A DNA stretch of 62,486 bases, filler included, from Candidatus Fermentibacterota bacterium (GCA_016928395.1; 4 parts of 4 records of this genome joined end to end with filler, not necessarily neighbours in it), one strand, 5' to 3'; shown: positions 39,249 through 49,567, numbered from the whole stretch's first letter. Notes: a model not told the origin generated them from the letters alone. A program made the numbers and translations.

Positions 39249-39492
39249 CGACTCATGCGCCGGATGCCGGGACATACCGGGACGACGCATGGAACTCACG
39301 ACGCGGTGACGGGGCGGATGGATGACGGGGAGACAGGATGAATGGAATGATGGGAGCGGACCACGAACCGTTTCCGCAACGCGCTGGAAGTTGGGGGTTT
39401 TGCTCAATCCTCACTGCGGGGGGTGTGGCCGGTCTGAAGGCCGATCCCTCTCTCTGTGAACCGCGAGTGAAGCTCGCTCCATTCCGCCGGGG

Positions 39493-39521
39493 TTGCCCTT
39501 GGGGGGCCTTGGCGCTATGCT
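39493..39521 (+). promoter_or_regulatory. Putative sigma70 promoter upstream of the ligase-ACP-kbl operon
   Basis: TTGCCC, 17 nt, TATGCT. Confidence 0.4.
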
Positions 39522-39717
39522 GCGCCCTCGCGAACGGGTATGAACCGGGGGATGCAGCGGCGTCTCCACGGCTCCCCGGCGCACGGCGCCCTCCAGGCCA
39601 TCGTGTCGTGAGCGCCGAGGGGAATCCGTTTCTGCCCGTGTGCGTCCGGGCCAGATGCCCAAGGCCCGACGGCCTGCCACCGATAAGGAAACAAGCACAC
39701 CGCCAAGGAGGAAAAGC

Positions 39718-41418
39718 GTGAGCAGTATGGGTCTGTACGAGGACCGGGTGAAGGATTTCGACTGGTCGATTTCCGAACAGGAATTGGAGTATGGCGCAGG
39801 CGGCATGTACAACATAGCGTTCTATTGCACCGATCGGATCTGCCAGAAGGGTTTGGGCGGCAAACCCGCCTTCATCTGGGAGGGGTTCAGCGGCCACGTT
39901 AAACAGTTCACCTACGATGATATCCGGGTTCACAGCAATGCCATTGCCCAGTTTCTGCAGAATCAGGGGCTGGAGCCCGGCGACAGAGTCTGCCTGTTCA
40001 TGGACCGGATACCGGAGCTGTATATCGGCTTTGTCGGCGTGCTCAAGATGGGCGCCATCGCGCAACCTCTTTTCTCCGCGTTCGGCGAGGAGGCTCTGTT
40101 CACGCGGCTGGAAGACGCCTCAACCAAGGCGGTGATCACGACCCGGAAGCACTTGGGAAAGGTGCGCCGCATCCGCAAGGACTTGCCGGCCTTGGCCACC
40201 ATCATCGTCGTGGATGCCGGCGAGAAATCGTTGGAACCAGGAGAGGTTGCATTCGACATGGAAGGGGCCGCCCGGGTCGAGGATTTTGATATCTATAAGG
40301 CCGGTCCGGAAACACCCTCGGTTCTTCACTACACCTCTGGCACCACCGGCAAGCCCAAGGGCGCGTTGCACGTACATTCCTCACTCATTGCGCAGTACCT
40401 GACGGCCAAGTGGGTCCTTGATATGCACCCCGACGATGTCTATTGGTGTACCGCCGATCCGGGATGGGTCACCGGCACGTCCTACGGGATCATCGGTCCG
40501 TGGGCCAACGGCGTGACGCAGGTGGTCCTCGATGCGGGATTCAGCGCGCAGAACTGGTATTCGTTCGCCGAGCGGATGAAGGTTACGGTCTGGTATTCAG
40601 CGCCCACGGCCATCCGGTTGCTCATGAAGGAGGGGATGGACCCCGTCCAGAAGCATGATCTCTCGACGCTACGACACCTGGTGAGCGTTGGAGAGCCGCT
40701 GAACGCCGAGGCGGTCATCTGGTCGGAGAAGGCCTTTGGCAGGCCGTTCCATGATTCGTTCTGGCAGACGGAGACAGGCTCCATCATGATCAGCAACTAC
40801 CCAGGAATGCGGATCAAGCCCGGCTCCATGGGAAAGCCCTTCCCAGGCATCACGGCCACTGTGGTGAACCCCAAGACCTTCGAGCCCGTGCAGACCCCTG
40901 GCACCGTAGGGCTGATCGCCATCAAACCCGGCTGGCCGTCAATGTTCCGTGCCTACTGGAACAACGAGCAAATTTACAACGCCAAGTTCAAGAACGGCTG
41001 GTACCTCTCGGGAGACCGGGCCAGCATCGATGGCGACGGCTACTTCTGGTTTGTCGGCAGGGATGATGACGTGATCAACACCGCCGGCCATCTTGTCGGC
41101 CCGTTTGAGATCGAATCGGCCCTGCTGGAACACCCCGCCGTGGCCGAATCGGCGGCGGTGGGGAAACCGGATCCCATCAACATGGAAGTCGTGAAGGCGT
41201 TCATCGCCCTCAAGCCGGGCTATGTCGCCGACGACGATCTGACGATGGATATCATGAACTTCATCCGCAAGAAGCTCTCACCCCTGGCAATGCCGCAGGA
41301 TATCGAGTTCGTGCCCTCCCTCCCGAAGACCCGTAGCGGCAAGATTATGCGTCGCGTGCTGCGGGCCCAGGAGTGGGGCGAAGATATAGGTGATGTTTCG
41401 ACCCTCGAGAATGAGTAG
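39718..41418 (+). CDS. acsA: Acetate--CoA ligase-like AMP-forming enzyme
   Basis: AGGAGG + GTG; YTSGTTGKPKG, WCTADPGWVTG, SVGEPLN, FWQTETG, GRDDD, PKTRSGKIMRR. Confidence 0.88.
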   Translation: MSSMGLYEDRVKDFDWSISEQELEYGAGGMYNIAFYCTDRICQKGLGGKPAFIWEGFSGHVKQFTYDDIRVHSNAIAQFLQNQGLEPGDRVCLFMDRIPELYIGFVGVLKMGAIAQPLFSAFGEEALFTRLEDASTKAVITTRKHLGKVRRIRKDLPALATIIVVDAGEKSLEPGEVAFDMEGAARVEDFDIYKAGPETPSVLHYTSGTTGKPKGALHVHSSLIAQYLTAKWVLDMHPDDVYWCTADPGWVTGTSYGIIGPWANGVTQVVLDAGFSAQNWYSFAERMKVTVWYSAPTAIRLLMKEGMDPVQKHDLSTLRHLVSVGEPLNAEAVIWSEKAFGRPFHDSFWQTETGSIMISNYPGMRIKPGSMGKPFPGITATVVNPKTFEPVQTPGTVGLIAIKPGWPSMFRAYWNNEQIYNAKFKNGWYLSGDRASIDGDGYFWFVGRDDDVINTAGHLVGPFEIESALLEHPAVAESAAVGKPDPINMEVVKAFIALKPGYVADDDLTMDIMNFIRKKLSPLAMPQDIEFVPSLPKTRSGKIMRRVLRAQEWGEDIGDVSTLENE

Positions 41419-41451
41419 CTGCACCACGGGTACTCACGGAAGGAGCCTCCA

Positions 41452-41709
41452 ATGGCAGACGATCTGAAACCCACCATCCTTGCCTATGTGAAGAAGGAAT
41501 ACCTCGACGAGGATTCCGACGAAGAGATCACCACCGGAACCCGGCTGATCTCCAGCGGCATCGTGGACTCGTTTTCCATGGTCTCACTCAAGCGCTTCCT
41601 GGAGAAGAAGTACGCCATCCAGATTCCGGATGCGGATGCCTCCCCCGAGGCGTTCGATACCGTGGATAGCATAGCCTCGCTGGTAATCCGCTTTCAGGCC
41701 AAGGCCTGA
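41452..41709 (+). CDS. Acyl carrier protein
   Basis: 85 aa, acidic; GIVDSFSMV phosphopantetheine Ser motif; AAGGAG SD. Confidence 0.88.
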   Translation: MADDLKPTILAYVKKEYLDEDSDEEITTGTRLISSGIVDSFSMVSLKRFLEKKYAIQIPDADASPEAFDTVDSIASLVIRFQAKA

Positions 41710-41722
41710 GCCGGAGGGCACA

Positions 41723-42744
41723 ATGGCGTTCTCTTCGGCTGCGCGCGCGTCATACCAGAACGAGATCTCCAGCCTCCGGGACCAAGGCCTGTTCAAGCAG
41801 GAGCGGTACATTCATTCGCCCCAGGCTGCCGACATTGAGGTCGAGTTTCCCATCGGTCAAGGCGTTGTGCCCAAGAAAGTCATCAACCTCTGCGCCAACA
41901 ACTACCTCGGGCTTTCCAGCCATCCTGACGTGCTCAAGGCAGCCCACGACGGGTTGGAGGCACGCGGGTATGGTATGTCGTCGGTGCGGTTCATCTGCGG
42001 CACGCAGGACATCCACCGTGAACTGGAAGACCGGTTGACCGCGTTTCTGGGCACCGAGGACACCCTGCTGTTTCCTTCATGCATGGACGCCAATGCCGGC
42101 GTGTTCGAGGCGGTACTGTCCCCCGAGGATGTCATGATCGCCGATCGTCTGGTGCATGCATCCATCGTCGACGGAATGCGGCTCTGTAAGGCCATGCAGG
42201 ATACCTACAAGCATTCCGACATGGGTCATCTGGAAGAGAAGCTTCAGGAACATCAGGACAAGCGCCACCGCCTGGTAATCACCGACGGCGTGTTCTCCAT
42301 GGACGGGGACATCGCTAAGTTGGATGAGATCGTGGAGCTGGCAGAGAAATACGATAGCATGGTGTTTGTCGACGATTCCCATGCCAGCGGATTCATCGGC
42401 AAGACCGGCAGGGGCACCCACGAGCACTGCGGTGTCCTTGGGCGGATCGACATCATCACCACGACGTTGGGTAAGGCTCTGGGCGGCGCTTCGGGCGGGT
42501 GCGTATCGGGGCGGAGCGAACTCGTAGAGTTGTGTCGCCAGCGGGCTCGTCCATATTTGTTTTCCAATAGCGTCGCGCCGGTCATAGTCGCCGGAGCCAT
42601 CACGGTGCTTGACCTTATCTCCAAGACCACCGAGCGACGCGACACGCTGGAGTGGAACACCACCTACTGGCGGAAGCTCCTTTCCGAGGCGGGGTTCGAC
42701 ATCAAACCCGGGGATTCCCCCATCGTCCCGGTGATGCTGTACAA
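41723..42744 (+). CDS. kbl: Glycine C-acetyltransferase (2-amino-3-ketobutyrate CoA ligase), truncated by gap
   Basis: NLCANNYLGL, GMSSVRFICGTQ, SCMDAN, HASIVDG, TDGVFSMDG, DDSHA, TLGKALGG, RARPYLFSN. Confidence 0.93.
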
Positions 42745-42844
42745 NNNNNNNNNNNNNNNNNNNNNNNNNNNNNNNNNNNNNNNNNNNNTTAATTAATTAA
42801 NNNNNNNNNNNNNNNNNNNNNNNNNNNNNNNNNNNNNNNNNNNN
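42745..42844. other. Artificial contig linker
   Basis: 44 N + TTAATTAATTAA + 44 N. Confidence 0.97.
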
Positions 42845-42932
42845 CATCGGTTTCGTGGTCGAATCGGCGATTGATCGATGTCGACCACGAGCCAGCCGGT
42901 AGTCCGGCTGGCCTGAACCCTCGCAAGCTCCC

Positions 42933-44138
42933 CTACATGTTCTTCTTGATCACGGCCGCTAAGCGTCGTATGCCCTCGACGATCTGTTCCTCTGACGGGT
43001 AGGAAAAGTTGAGTCGCATGGTATTCTGACCCTTGCCATTGCAGTAGAAGGCTTCGCCAACGACATACGCGACGTTTTCGTCAACGGCGCTCCTGAAGAG
43101 CGTGGTGGCATTCATGGTCCGCGGTAGTTTCACCCACAGGAACAGCCCGCCTTCCGGCTTCGTCCACCGGACGCCTTTGGGCATGAACTCCTTGAGCGCC
43201 TTGAGCATGATGTTACGCTTCTTTCCATAAAGCTTGCGGATTGCCTCAATCTGGGGGCGGAGAAGGCCCTGGCGCATGTACTCCGCGGCAATCATCTGAT
43301 TGAAGGTCGGCGATGCCAGATCCATGCTTTGCTTGGAGACGACCATGCGATCGGTCCAAGATGCCGGTGCCATGAGCCACGCCAGCCGGAGACCGGGGCA
43401 GAAGATCTTGGAGAAGGTACCCAAGACAATGACCTGGTCCTGAGTATCCAGGCCGTAGATGGGTGGCTGGGCAACGCCCCTGAAACGAAGATCCCGGTAT
43501 GGGCTGTCTTCGACTATGGGGACTTCATAGGCATAGGCAAGTTCCAGAAGACGACGCCTGCGGGCCTCGGTGAGCGTGACACCTGAGGGGTTCTGGAAGT
43601 CGGGGACGACATAGATGAACTTGGGCTTCTTATGTCGCTTGGCGAGCCTGGCCAGAGTCTTCTCCAACAGGTCCATACGCATGCCATGGCTGTCCTGAGA
43701 CACACCGATCATCTTGGCACGGTAGGCACTGAATGCCTGGATGCCGCCGATATAGCTTGGCAATTCCATTACGACGATATCCCCTGGATCTATGAACACC
43801 TTGGCCACGATGTCGAGGCCTTGCTGCGATCCGGAGGTAATGAGGATGTTCGCGGGCGTGATGCCGGGTTTGGAAAGTGCCATCCACTTGGCCAATTCTT
43901 CTCGGAGCGGCATCTCTCCCTCCGTCGGACCGTACTGAAGGGCGAACCTTCCCCGTTCCCTGAGAATCCGGCAGGATATCTGCTCAATAGCTTCCACCGG
44001 GAAGGTCTCCGGTGCGGGCAGACCGCCGGCGAAGGAGATGATCTCGGGCTTTCGTGTGAGCTTCAGGAGTTCGCGGATCACGGAACTCTGCAGATTACGG
44101 GCGTTCTTTGAGTAGAACGGCGACAAATCCTTGATCAT
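42933..44138 (-). CDS. PLP-dependent class I aminotransferase (LysN/aromatic, MocR-like)
   Basis: IISFAGGLP, LQYG, TSGSQQGL, PDFQNPSG, EDSPY, GTFSKIFCPGLR, PEGGLFLW, MRLNFS. Confidence 0.92.
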   Translation of the reverse strand: MIKDLSPFYSKNARNLQSSVIRELLKLTRKPEIISFAGGLPAPETFPVEAIEQISCRILRERGRFALQYGPTEGEMPLREELAKWMALSKPGITPANILITSGSQQGLDIVAKVFIDPGDIVVMELPSYIGGIQAFSAYRAKMIGVSQDSHGMRMDLLEKTLARLAKRHKKPKFIYVVPDFQNPSGVTLTEARRRRLLELAYAYEVPIVEDSPYRDLRFRGVAQPPIYGLDTQDQVIVLGTFSKIFCPGLRLAWLMAPASWTDRMVVSKQSMDLASPTFNQMIAAEYMRQGLLRPQIEAIRKLYGKKRNIMLKALKEFMPKGVRWTKPEGGLFLWVKLPRTMNATTLFRSAVDENVAYVVGEAFYCNGKGQNTMRLNFSYPSEEQIVEGIRRLAAVIKKNM

Positions 44139-44162
44139 GTCATATCTCCTTCCGAGAAGACA

Positions 44163-44351
44163 TTAGGGGGACACAGGGCAAAGCGGTAGTGCGTTCTCTG
44201 GCCGGCCTCCGCGGCCGCGCCAATCCCGATCCGTAACGAGGCGGGAGAAGAGCCTGGACACAGGAAATGGTCTGCGGTAGGATTGAACCCATGGTTGCGA
44301 TCGCACCTGCGGCCATCGCACCGGGAATGGGAACCTCAATGCAGTTGCCAA
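44163..44351 (-). CDS. Putative 62-aa leader peptide / small protein
   Basis: Perfect SD AAGGAGGT 6 nt before TTG, just after a predicted promoter; 4 Phe, 3 Trp, 1 Tyr. Confidence 0.5.
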   Translation of the reverse strand: MATALRFPFPVRWPQVRSQPWVQSYRRPFPVSRLFSRLVTDRDWRGRGGRPENALPLCPVSP

Positions 44352-44373
44352 GCTCGCACCTCCTTATCATCTC

Positions 44374-44402
44374 AGTATGGGCGGGCGAACAGAGGCAGTC
44401 AA
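44374..44402 (-). promoter_or_regulatory. Putative sigma70 promoter
   Basis: TTGACT, 17 nt, CATACT. Confidence 0.6.
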
Positions 44403-44454
44403 GGCATGCGCTGGGCCGGCGCCCGTGAGTGCAGTTCGCCGGTACGAGCATACA

Positions 44455-44718
44455 CTATGACGGTTGGTGGTCATGCGCCTGCTCATCTTCCATGGGCATT
44501 CCTTCGGCCAGGAAGAGCTCTATCAACTCCCGAGCTCGCATCGTGTGGTCCTCGCGCACAGATATGCGTACCTCCCCCAAACCATCGGTCGTGAGGGGTA
44601 GCACCGTGTGGGGCACGCTCGATGCTACTTGGCACGGAATGCCCTCCTGGGTCAGCATGTCCCCGATTTGGGCCGCCTCGATATCATCATGACAACGATG
44701 CACAACCACAGTCCTCAT
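44455..44718 (-). CDS. DUF2007-like putative signal-transducing protein
   Basis: IEAAQIGDMLTQEGIPC...GEVRISVRE..RARELI. Confidence 0.78.
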   Translation of the reverse strand: MRTVVVHRCHDDIEAAQIGDMLTQEGIPCQVASSVPHTVLPLTTDGLGEVRISVREDHTMRARELIELFLAEGMPMEDEQAHDHQPS

Positions 44719-45259
44719 GGCGCCATTCCTCTCTGATAATGAGCAGTTCTGTGTCGTGGCCGACATTCGTTAGAACACGCTGGACTACGACGAGAATCAG
44801 CGGGCTCCCCGTTCCAGGCAGGCCGTGAGAAGACACTCCCTTGACCTCCAATGCGCCAACTTGGCAGCCACAGAAGCGGCGTGCTCCCCGCCGAGGAAAC
44901 TGCGATCCGCCCGGTGCATCTGGGAAGCCCATCGTCGTCATCGCGCACGACGGTCGAGCGCTGCTACGTCTGTCGTAGTGCTCAAGGTTCCTGGATGCCG
45001 TACGCGAAACAGAAGATACACCGCGTAGTCTGATCCGGCACTGATTCAACCATACACGACTCTCGCCAGCGGTCAAGACCTCTCCCGCGCAAGAATGATG
45101 ACCATGTCGCGTCTTGTGCTATCTTGGAGTGATGACTCCCTTGCGGGTGATCCACAGTGCGGCCCCGAACGCCCGCACAGGAGTTCCTCTTCGTGCGGTG
45201 TGAACGATGGCGTCTGTGCCATATTCTGGTGAGTCCGGAGGTTGTCTGTGCTGCAGACC

Positions 45260-47332
45260 ATGAAGACGCGGTTGCTGGCTCTTCTATCAGTCATCGTGGT
45301 GCTGTTTGGCCTTGCTCTGGTCAAGATAGACTCCTCTCGTCGCCAGCAGGCAGCCATGCTCCTGGAGCAACAGGGAGTTCAGGCCGCTGCGATGTTTGAC
45401 AGCCTTGTAAGCCTTCGGACACGGTTTCTCCATCAACTGGCCTACGATTACTCATACTGGGATGAGCTTGTTGACTTCGTTCGCCGGCCTGATACTGCCT
45501 GGGCTCGGTCGAATCTGCTTCCCGTCTTGAGAAACTACGGCGCGGACTTCATCTGGATCTATGACGCGGGTGGAAAACAGGTCTATGCGGCGGATTCACA
45601 TCGTATTCTGGACACACGGGAGGCCCAACTCCTCCCCTCGGACACCGCGCTCGACACGATGTTCACGACGCATCGTTTCGCCCGTTTCTTCTGCCGCACG
45701 ACCATGGGTTTGGCCGAGGTCAGGGGGGCCACCATTCACCCCACCTCCGACGAGGCTCGAACCACTACGCCGCGGGGCTATCTCTTCTTCGGACTCCTCT
45801 GGGATGACCCGATGGTAGAGGAACTGGCTGGCCTCGGCGCCAGCACCATCACTGTGGTGTCGACCGATGTGGATACTGCCGATGCTCGCTCCGACGACCC
45901 GGCGATCATCCGCTTTCCATTCGTGCTCGACGGCTGGGACCGCGCTCCCGTTGCAAGGCTGGAGGTCAGCAGCCGGGTGCCCGGGGTAGAGACCTTTCTC
46001 CGCGCATCCCGGCAGTACCTGATCCTGAGCCTCGTTTTCGCCGCAGGTCTCATGGGGGTCGCGCTGCTGTCCGTGACGCGGTGGGTAAGCTGGCCTCTTC
46101 GTCTCATCTCGCGCAGTCTGGCCACCGATGATCCGTCACCTGTCAGGCGTCTTCAGCGTGACAGGACCGAGTTCGGTGATATTGCCTCTCTGATCGGCAG
46201 GTTCTTCGATCAGCGCCAAGAGCTGGAACGCGAGAATGTCGAACGGCGCCGTGCGGAGAGTGCGCTCAGAGTCTCCCACCGTTTCCTGGAGATCGCCAAT
46301 CGCCATCGTGAGATGGAGCCGCTCATCAGTGAGTTCGCCACGGAGATCGAGGGTTTTACGGGCTGCACTTTGGCCGGCGTCCACCTGAGGTTCAGCGAGG
46401 ACGGGGCCCGATACGAGATGACCGTAGGGTTTGGTGAGAATCCGGGGGTACAGGATCGTCCCTGCGCCCGTAGTGAAGTGCGTGGCATCTGTCGCGCCAT
46501 CATCGCCGGTGATCTGAAGCCCGGCGTGCCTGCGTTCACTGCCAACGGGTCCTGCATCATGAATCGATCATCCCAGGATCTCCCTGCGGTATTGGGCGAG
46601 TTGCACTGGGATATCTGCATGCGGTGCTGGAGACTAGACTTCGAGTCGGTCGCTTTGATACCCATCCGTGTGCAGGGCAAAGCACTGGGTCTCATCGAGG
46701 TTGCAGATCAGCGACAGGACATGTTTCCCGCTCATATCGTGGACACGCTGGAAGCGGTCGCCAAGCAATTGGGAATCGCCTTGCTGCGCGTCAAGGCAGA
46801 GGAGAGACTTGCGTTCATGGCTACCCATGATCTCCTCACGGGGTTGCCGAACCGGGCAATGGTTGGCTTCCGCCTACGCCCGGCCATGGCCGCCGCTGAG
46901 GAGCACAAGGCCCATGTTGCCGTCATGATGCTCGATCTCGATTACTTCAAGAGCGTGAATGATACCCTGGGACACGCGGCGGGTGATCGGCTCTTGCAGG
47001 CGGCCTCCAAGAGGATCTCCGCGATTCTCCGCCATACCGACACCGCGATCCGCATGGGAGGCGACGAGTTCCTTATCATCGTGCCTCTGCTTACCTCTGC
47101 CGACGACGCATCCAAGGTGGCGTCGAAGATACTCGAGGCCCTGAGGAGGCCTTTCCAGATCGATGACCGCGAACTGAGAGTGACCGGCAGCATCGGAATA
47201 GCCATCTACCCCCAAGGCGGCGTCACCATCGACGAAATGCTGCGACACGCCGACATTGCCATGTACCGGGCCAAGAGCCAGGGCCGAAATACCTTCTGTG
47301 TCTTTACCAATGCCAAGGCGGGCGACGGGTAG
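45260..47332 (+). CDS. Membrane diguanylate cyclase (CHASE4-TM-GAF-GGDEF)
   Basis: DYSYWDE (CHASE4), two TM helices, GAF-like region, DLDYFKSVND, I-site RHTD, intact GGDEF. Confidence 0.92.
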   Translation: MKTRLLALLSVIVVLFGLALVKIDSSRRQQAAMLLEQQGVQAAAMFDSLVSLRTRFLHQLAYDYSYWDELVDFVRRPDTAWARSNLLPVLRNYGADFIWIYDAGGKQVYAADSHRILDTREAQLLPSDTALDTMFTTHRFARFFCRTTMGLAEVRGATIHPTSDEARTTTPRGYLFFGLLWDDPMVEELAGLGASTITVVSTDVDTADARSDDPAIIRFPFVLDGWDRAPVARLEVSSRVPGVETFLRASRQYLILSLVFAAGLMGVALLSVTRWVSWPLRLISRSLATDDPSPVRRLQRDRTEFGDIASLIGRFFDQRQELERENVERRRAESALRVSHRFLEIANRHREMEPLISEFATEIEGFTGCTLAGVHLRFSEDGARYEMTVGFGENPGVQDRPCARSEVRGICRAIIAGDLKPGVPAFTANGSCIMNRSSQDLPAVLGELHWDICMRCWRLDFESVALIPIRVQGKALGLIEVADQRQDMFPAHIVDTLEAVAKQLGIALLRVKAEERLAFMATHDLLTGLPNRAMVGFRLRPAMAAAEEHKAHVAVMMLDLDYFKSVNDTLGHAAGDRLLQAASKRISAILRHTDTAIRMGGDEFLIIVPLLTSADDASKVASKILEALRRPFQIDDRELRVTGSIGIAIYPQGGVTIDEMLRHADIAMYRAKSQGRNTFCVFTNAKAGDG

Positions 47333-47554
47333 GCCTTGCTTCGCAGGGTGGGGTTCCGGTTCGGTGCGGGACCTCTGACCCTGACCGGGTGCTTTGGGGG
47401 CGGAATCGATCCAGCGGTCTCAGTGGCGTCTCAGTCTTCTACCCTACGAGGAATCAGGATACGAGGAGCGCCGTCTTTGCCCTCAGCTTTCCATCGACCC
47501 ATCCAGCCATGCCCGACGTTGTGGATTTCTGATCCATGGCGACCGTAGCCGACG

Positions 47555-49567
47555 CTACATGATCTTCTCGACTCGCAGCGGCCTTGAGGGGTCGAAGGAT
47601 CCCCGTTCCACCTCCTCAGGGGCGAGGACTACGACACCTTCCTCCGCCGCACGACCGGCCTTGAGCTGAACCGATCGAAGTCCCCCCAACCACCAGCGAT
47701 CGTCAGCGACATAGACAAGGTCGCCCTCCGTGATGGCCAGGTCTTCCATCAACCCCCCCGGCAGAAGCACGCGTCCGCCGGTATCCGGCTGCACCTTGAA
47801 GGCCAGACCACCTGCTGATCCGCGTCGTCCCCGCCGGAAGTTCGGAAGGCCGGCCTTGAACGAACGCATGGCGTCTTCCAGAGAGAAGACCGTCAGACCA
47901 CGGATCTTCGTCTCGCTGGGTCTGGGTGTGAACAAGGTGACGACGATTCCGATGGTCGCGGTGACCAGACATCCGAAGATACCCCGAAAGACCGAATGCT
48001 CCGGCGGGGTCCCTTCGGGCGGATATGCCAGGAGGAACCGGCTCAGCGGATCGACCCACTGCGTGAAGGTCAGGCTCAGGAAGTTGATAGCGCTGCCGCC
48101 GATCATGGCAGCCACGGCGGCCGCCGAAGTGAATCGGGGCCAGAACGCGCCCATGAAAATCACGGTGACCATGGCAGGGATAATGACCATCACCCCCTTG
48201 TAGTGGAGATTGAAGAGGTCCTGCTCCATGGTGGTGAACATCCATACCAGAAGCAGGCCGATGCCGGTGGCCACGACGCTCACCACCCGGGCCACCACCA
48301 AATAGTGCTTCTCCGAGTGCTCCTTCTTCACCAGCCTCCGATAGAGATCATTGACACCGATCGCCGCGCAGGCATTGATCAGCGTGTCCACCGTGGACAT
48401 GAGCGCGGCAAGCAGCGCCGCCATGATGAATCCGAACACGATGGCATTCTGCCGCATGACCGTCCACAGAACGGTGGTGAACGTATGATAGGTATCGTGC
48501 AGTTCGAAGGGGATGAGACCCTGCGCGGCGCCCTTGGTCATCATGGCGCGGCCGACCCAGCCCGCACAGCTCACCACTACAGCGGAGAGCGGCAGCAGAA
48601 TTACGACATTTGCCACCGCCGCCTTGCGCCCCTCGTTCACGCTCTTGGCCGCCAGGTATCGCATGATAAACCCTTGGTTCATGAAGGTGAATGCGATGGA
48701 CCCGGCGATACCCTCCCCCCAGAATGTATTGGCAGTCCCCAGTCTGGGCGTGGCGTTGATGTGGGCAAACGGCGACCGCAGCTCCACCGGGAGCCAGCCC
48801 CAGAACTCCCCGAAGCCCCCAAGCCAGATCAGTCCTCCCACCAGCACCACCGCCCCCGCAAGATAGAGCATGAAGCCTTGCAGTAGATCGGTGAAGATGA
48901 CCGCTGTCTGCCCGCCCGTGGTCACGTAGAATCCAATAATGAGGGTGCAGACGAGTACCGGGATCCAGATGTTGACCCCGGTAATCCCTTGGATGGCAAG
49001 CCCCATGGTGAAGAGATTGTAGCCGATATAGTAGAGCATGTAGGCCAGGATGATGATCATGGCCAGGTAGCGGACCACGACATTGAACCTTCGTTCGAAG
49101 TATTCCGGAATGGATCGCACCCTGGAGAAGTAGATGATGGGGAGCCACCCGAACATGAAGAACGGCATGACAAACCAGTCATTCAGGTAGGTCATGGTGC
49201 TCGACAGCCCACTGTTGTAGCCTGCCTGGGCATACTTCAAGAACGAGTACGAACCGATGCCGGTAGCGACCATTGAGGCGGTGATCAGCCACCAAGGAAA
49301 ACGCTGGCCCGAATAGAAGAAATCGTGGGTGTCGCGGCTGAACCGGCCGAACAGGAGGCCAAAGCCCAAGACCGCGAGGAAGTACACGATGCAGATTGCC
49401 AGGACTATGGCCTGGGAGCCCTGAGGGATGGAGATTTCGAAGCTTCCGGATTCTCCTGCGGCCCCTGCTGCACTCGGCAAAACAAGCCAGGCGAAGGCCA
49501 GCGCGAAGAAGATCGCCATAGATGCGGTTCCGCTTGGTCTTGCGTTACGTCGCAGTGCCGCGGTCAT
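47555..49567 (-). CDS. Sodium:solute symporter family protein with extra C-terminal soluble domain
   Basis: DFFYSG, SMVAT, SIPEYFERRF, GGQTAVIFTD, AALMST; many TM helices. Confidence 0.9.
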   Translation of the reverse strand: MTAALRRNARPSGTASMAIFFALAFAWLVLPSAAGAAGESGSFEISIPQGSQAIVLAICIVYFLAVLGFGLLFGRFSRDTHDFFYSGQRFPWWLITASMVATGIGSYSFLKYAQAGYNSGLSSTMTYLNDWFVMPFFMFGWLPIIYFSRVRSIPEYFERRFNVVVRYLAMIIILAYMLYYIGYNLFTMGLAIQGITGVNIWIPVLVCTLIIGFYVTTGGQTAVIFTDLLQGFMLYLAGAVVLVGGLIWLGGFGEFWGWLPVELRSPFAHINATPRLGTANTFWGEGIAGSIAFTFMNQGFIMRYLAAKSVNEGRKAAVANVVILLPLSAVVVSCAGWVGRAMMTKGAAQGLIPFELHDTYHTFTTVLWTVMRQNAIVFGFIMAALLAALMSTVDTLINACAAIGVNDLYRRLVKKEHSEKHYLVVARVVSVVATGIGLLLVWMFTTMEQDLFNLHYKGVMVIIPAMVTVIFMGAFWPRFTSAAAVAAMIGGSAINFLSLTFTQWVDPLSRFLLAYPPEGTPPEHSVFRGIFGCLVTATIGIVVTLFTPRPSETKIRGLTVFSLEDAMRSFKAGLPNFRRGRRGSAGGLAFKVQPDTGGRVLLPGGLMEDLAITEGDLVYVADDRWWLGGLRSVQLKAGRAAEEGVVVLAPEEVERGSFDPSRPLRVEKIM

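Noticed and set aside
39425-39500. c-di-GMP-I riboswitch (GGTCTGAAGG...GCCGGGGTTGCC)
   Set aside because: The 5' GGCAAAC..GAAA..GACGCAAA half is absent.
44265-44345. tRNA suggested by minus-strand GGGTTCAATCC...ACCA
   Set aside because: The T-loop is the wrong size and there is no acceptor or anticodon stem pairing.
44770-45240. Possible ncRNA or small gene between the DUF2007 and GGDEF genes
   Set aside because: No RNase P, tmRNA, SRP or riboswitch signature recognised; the ORFs lack an SD or motifs.
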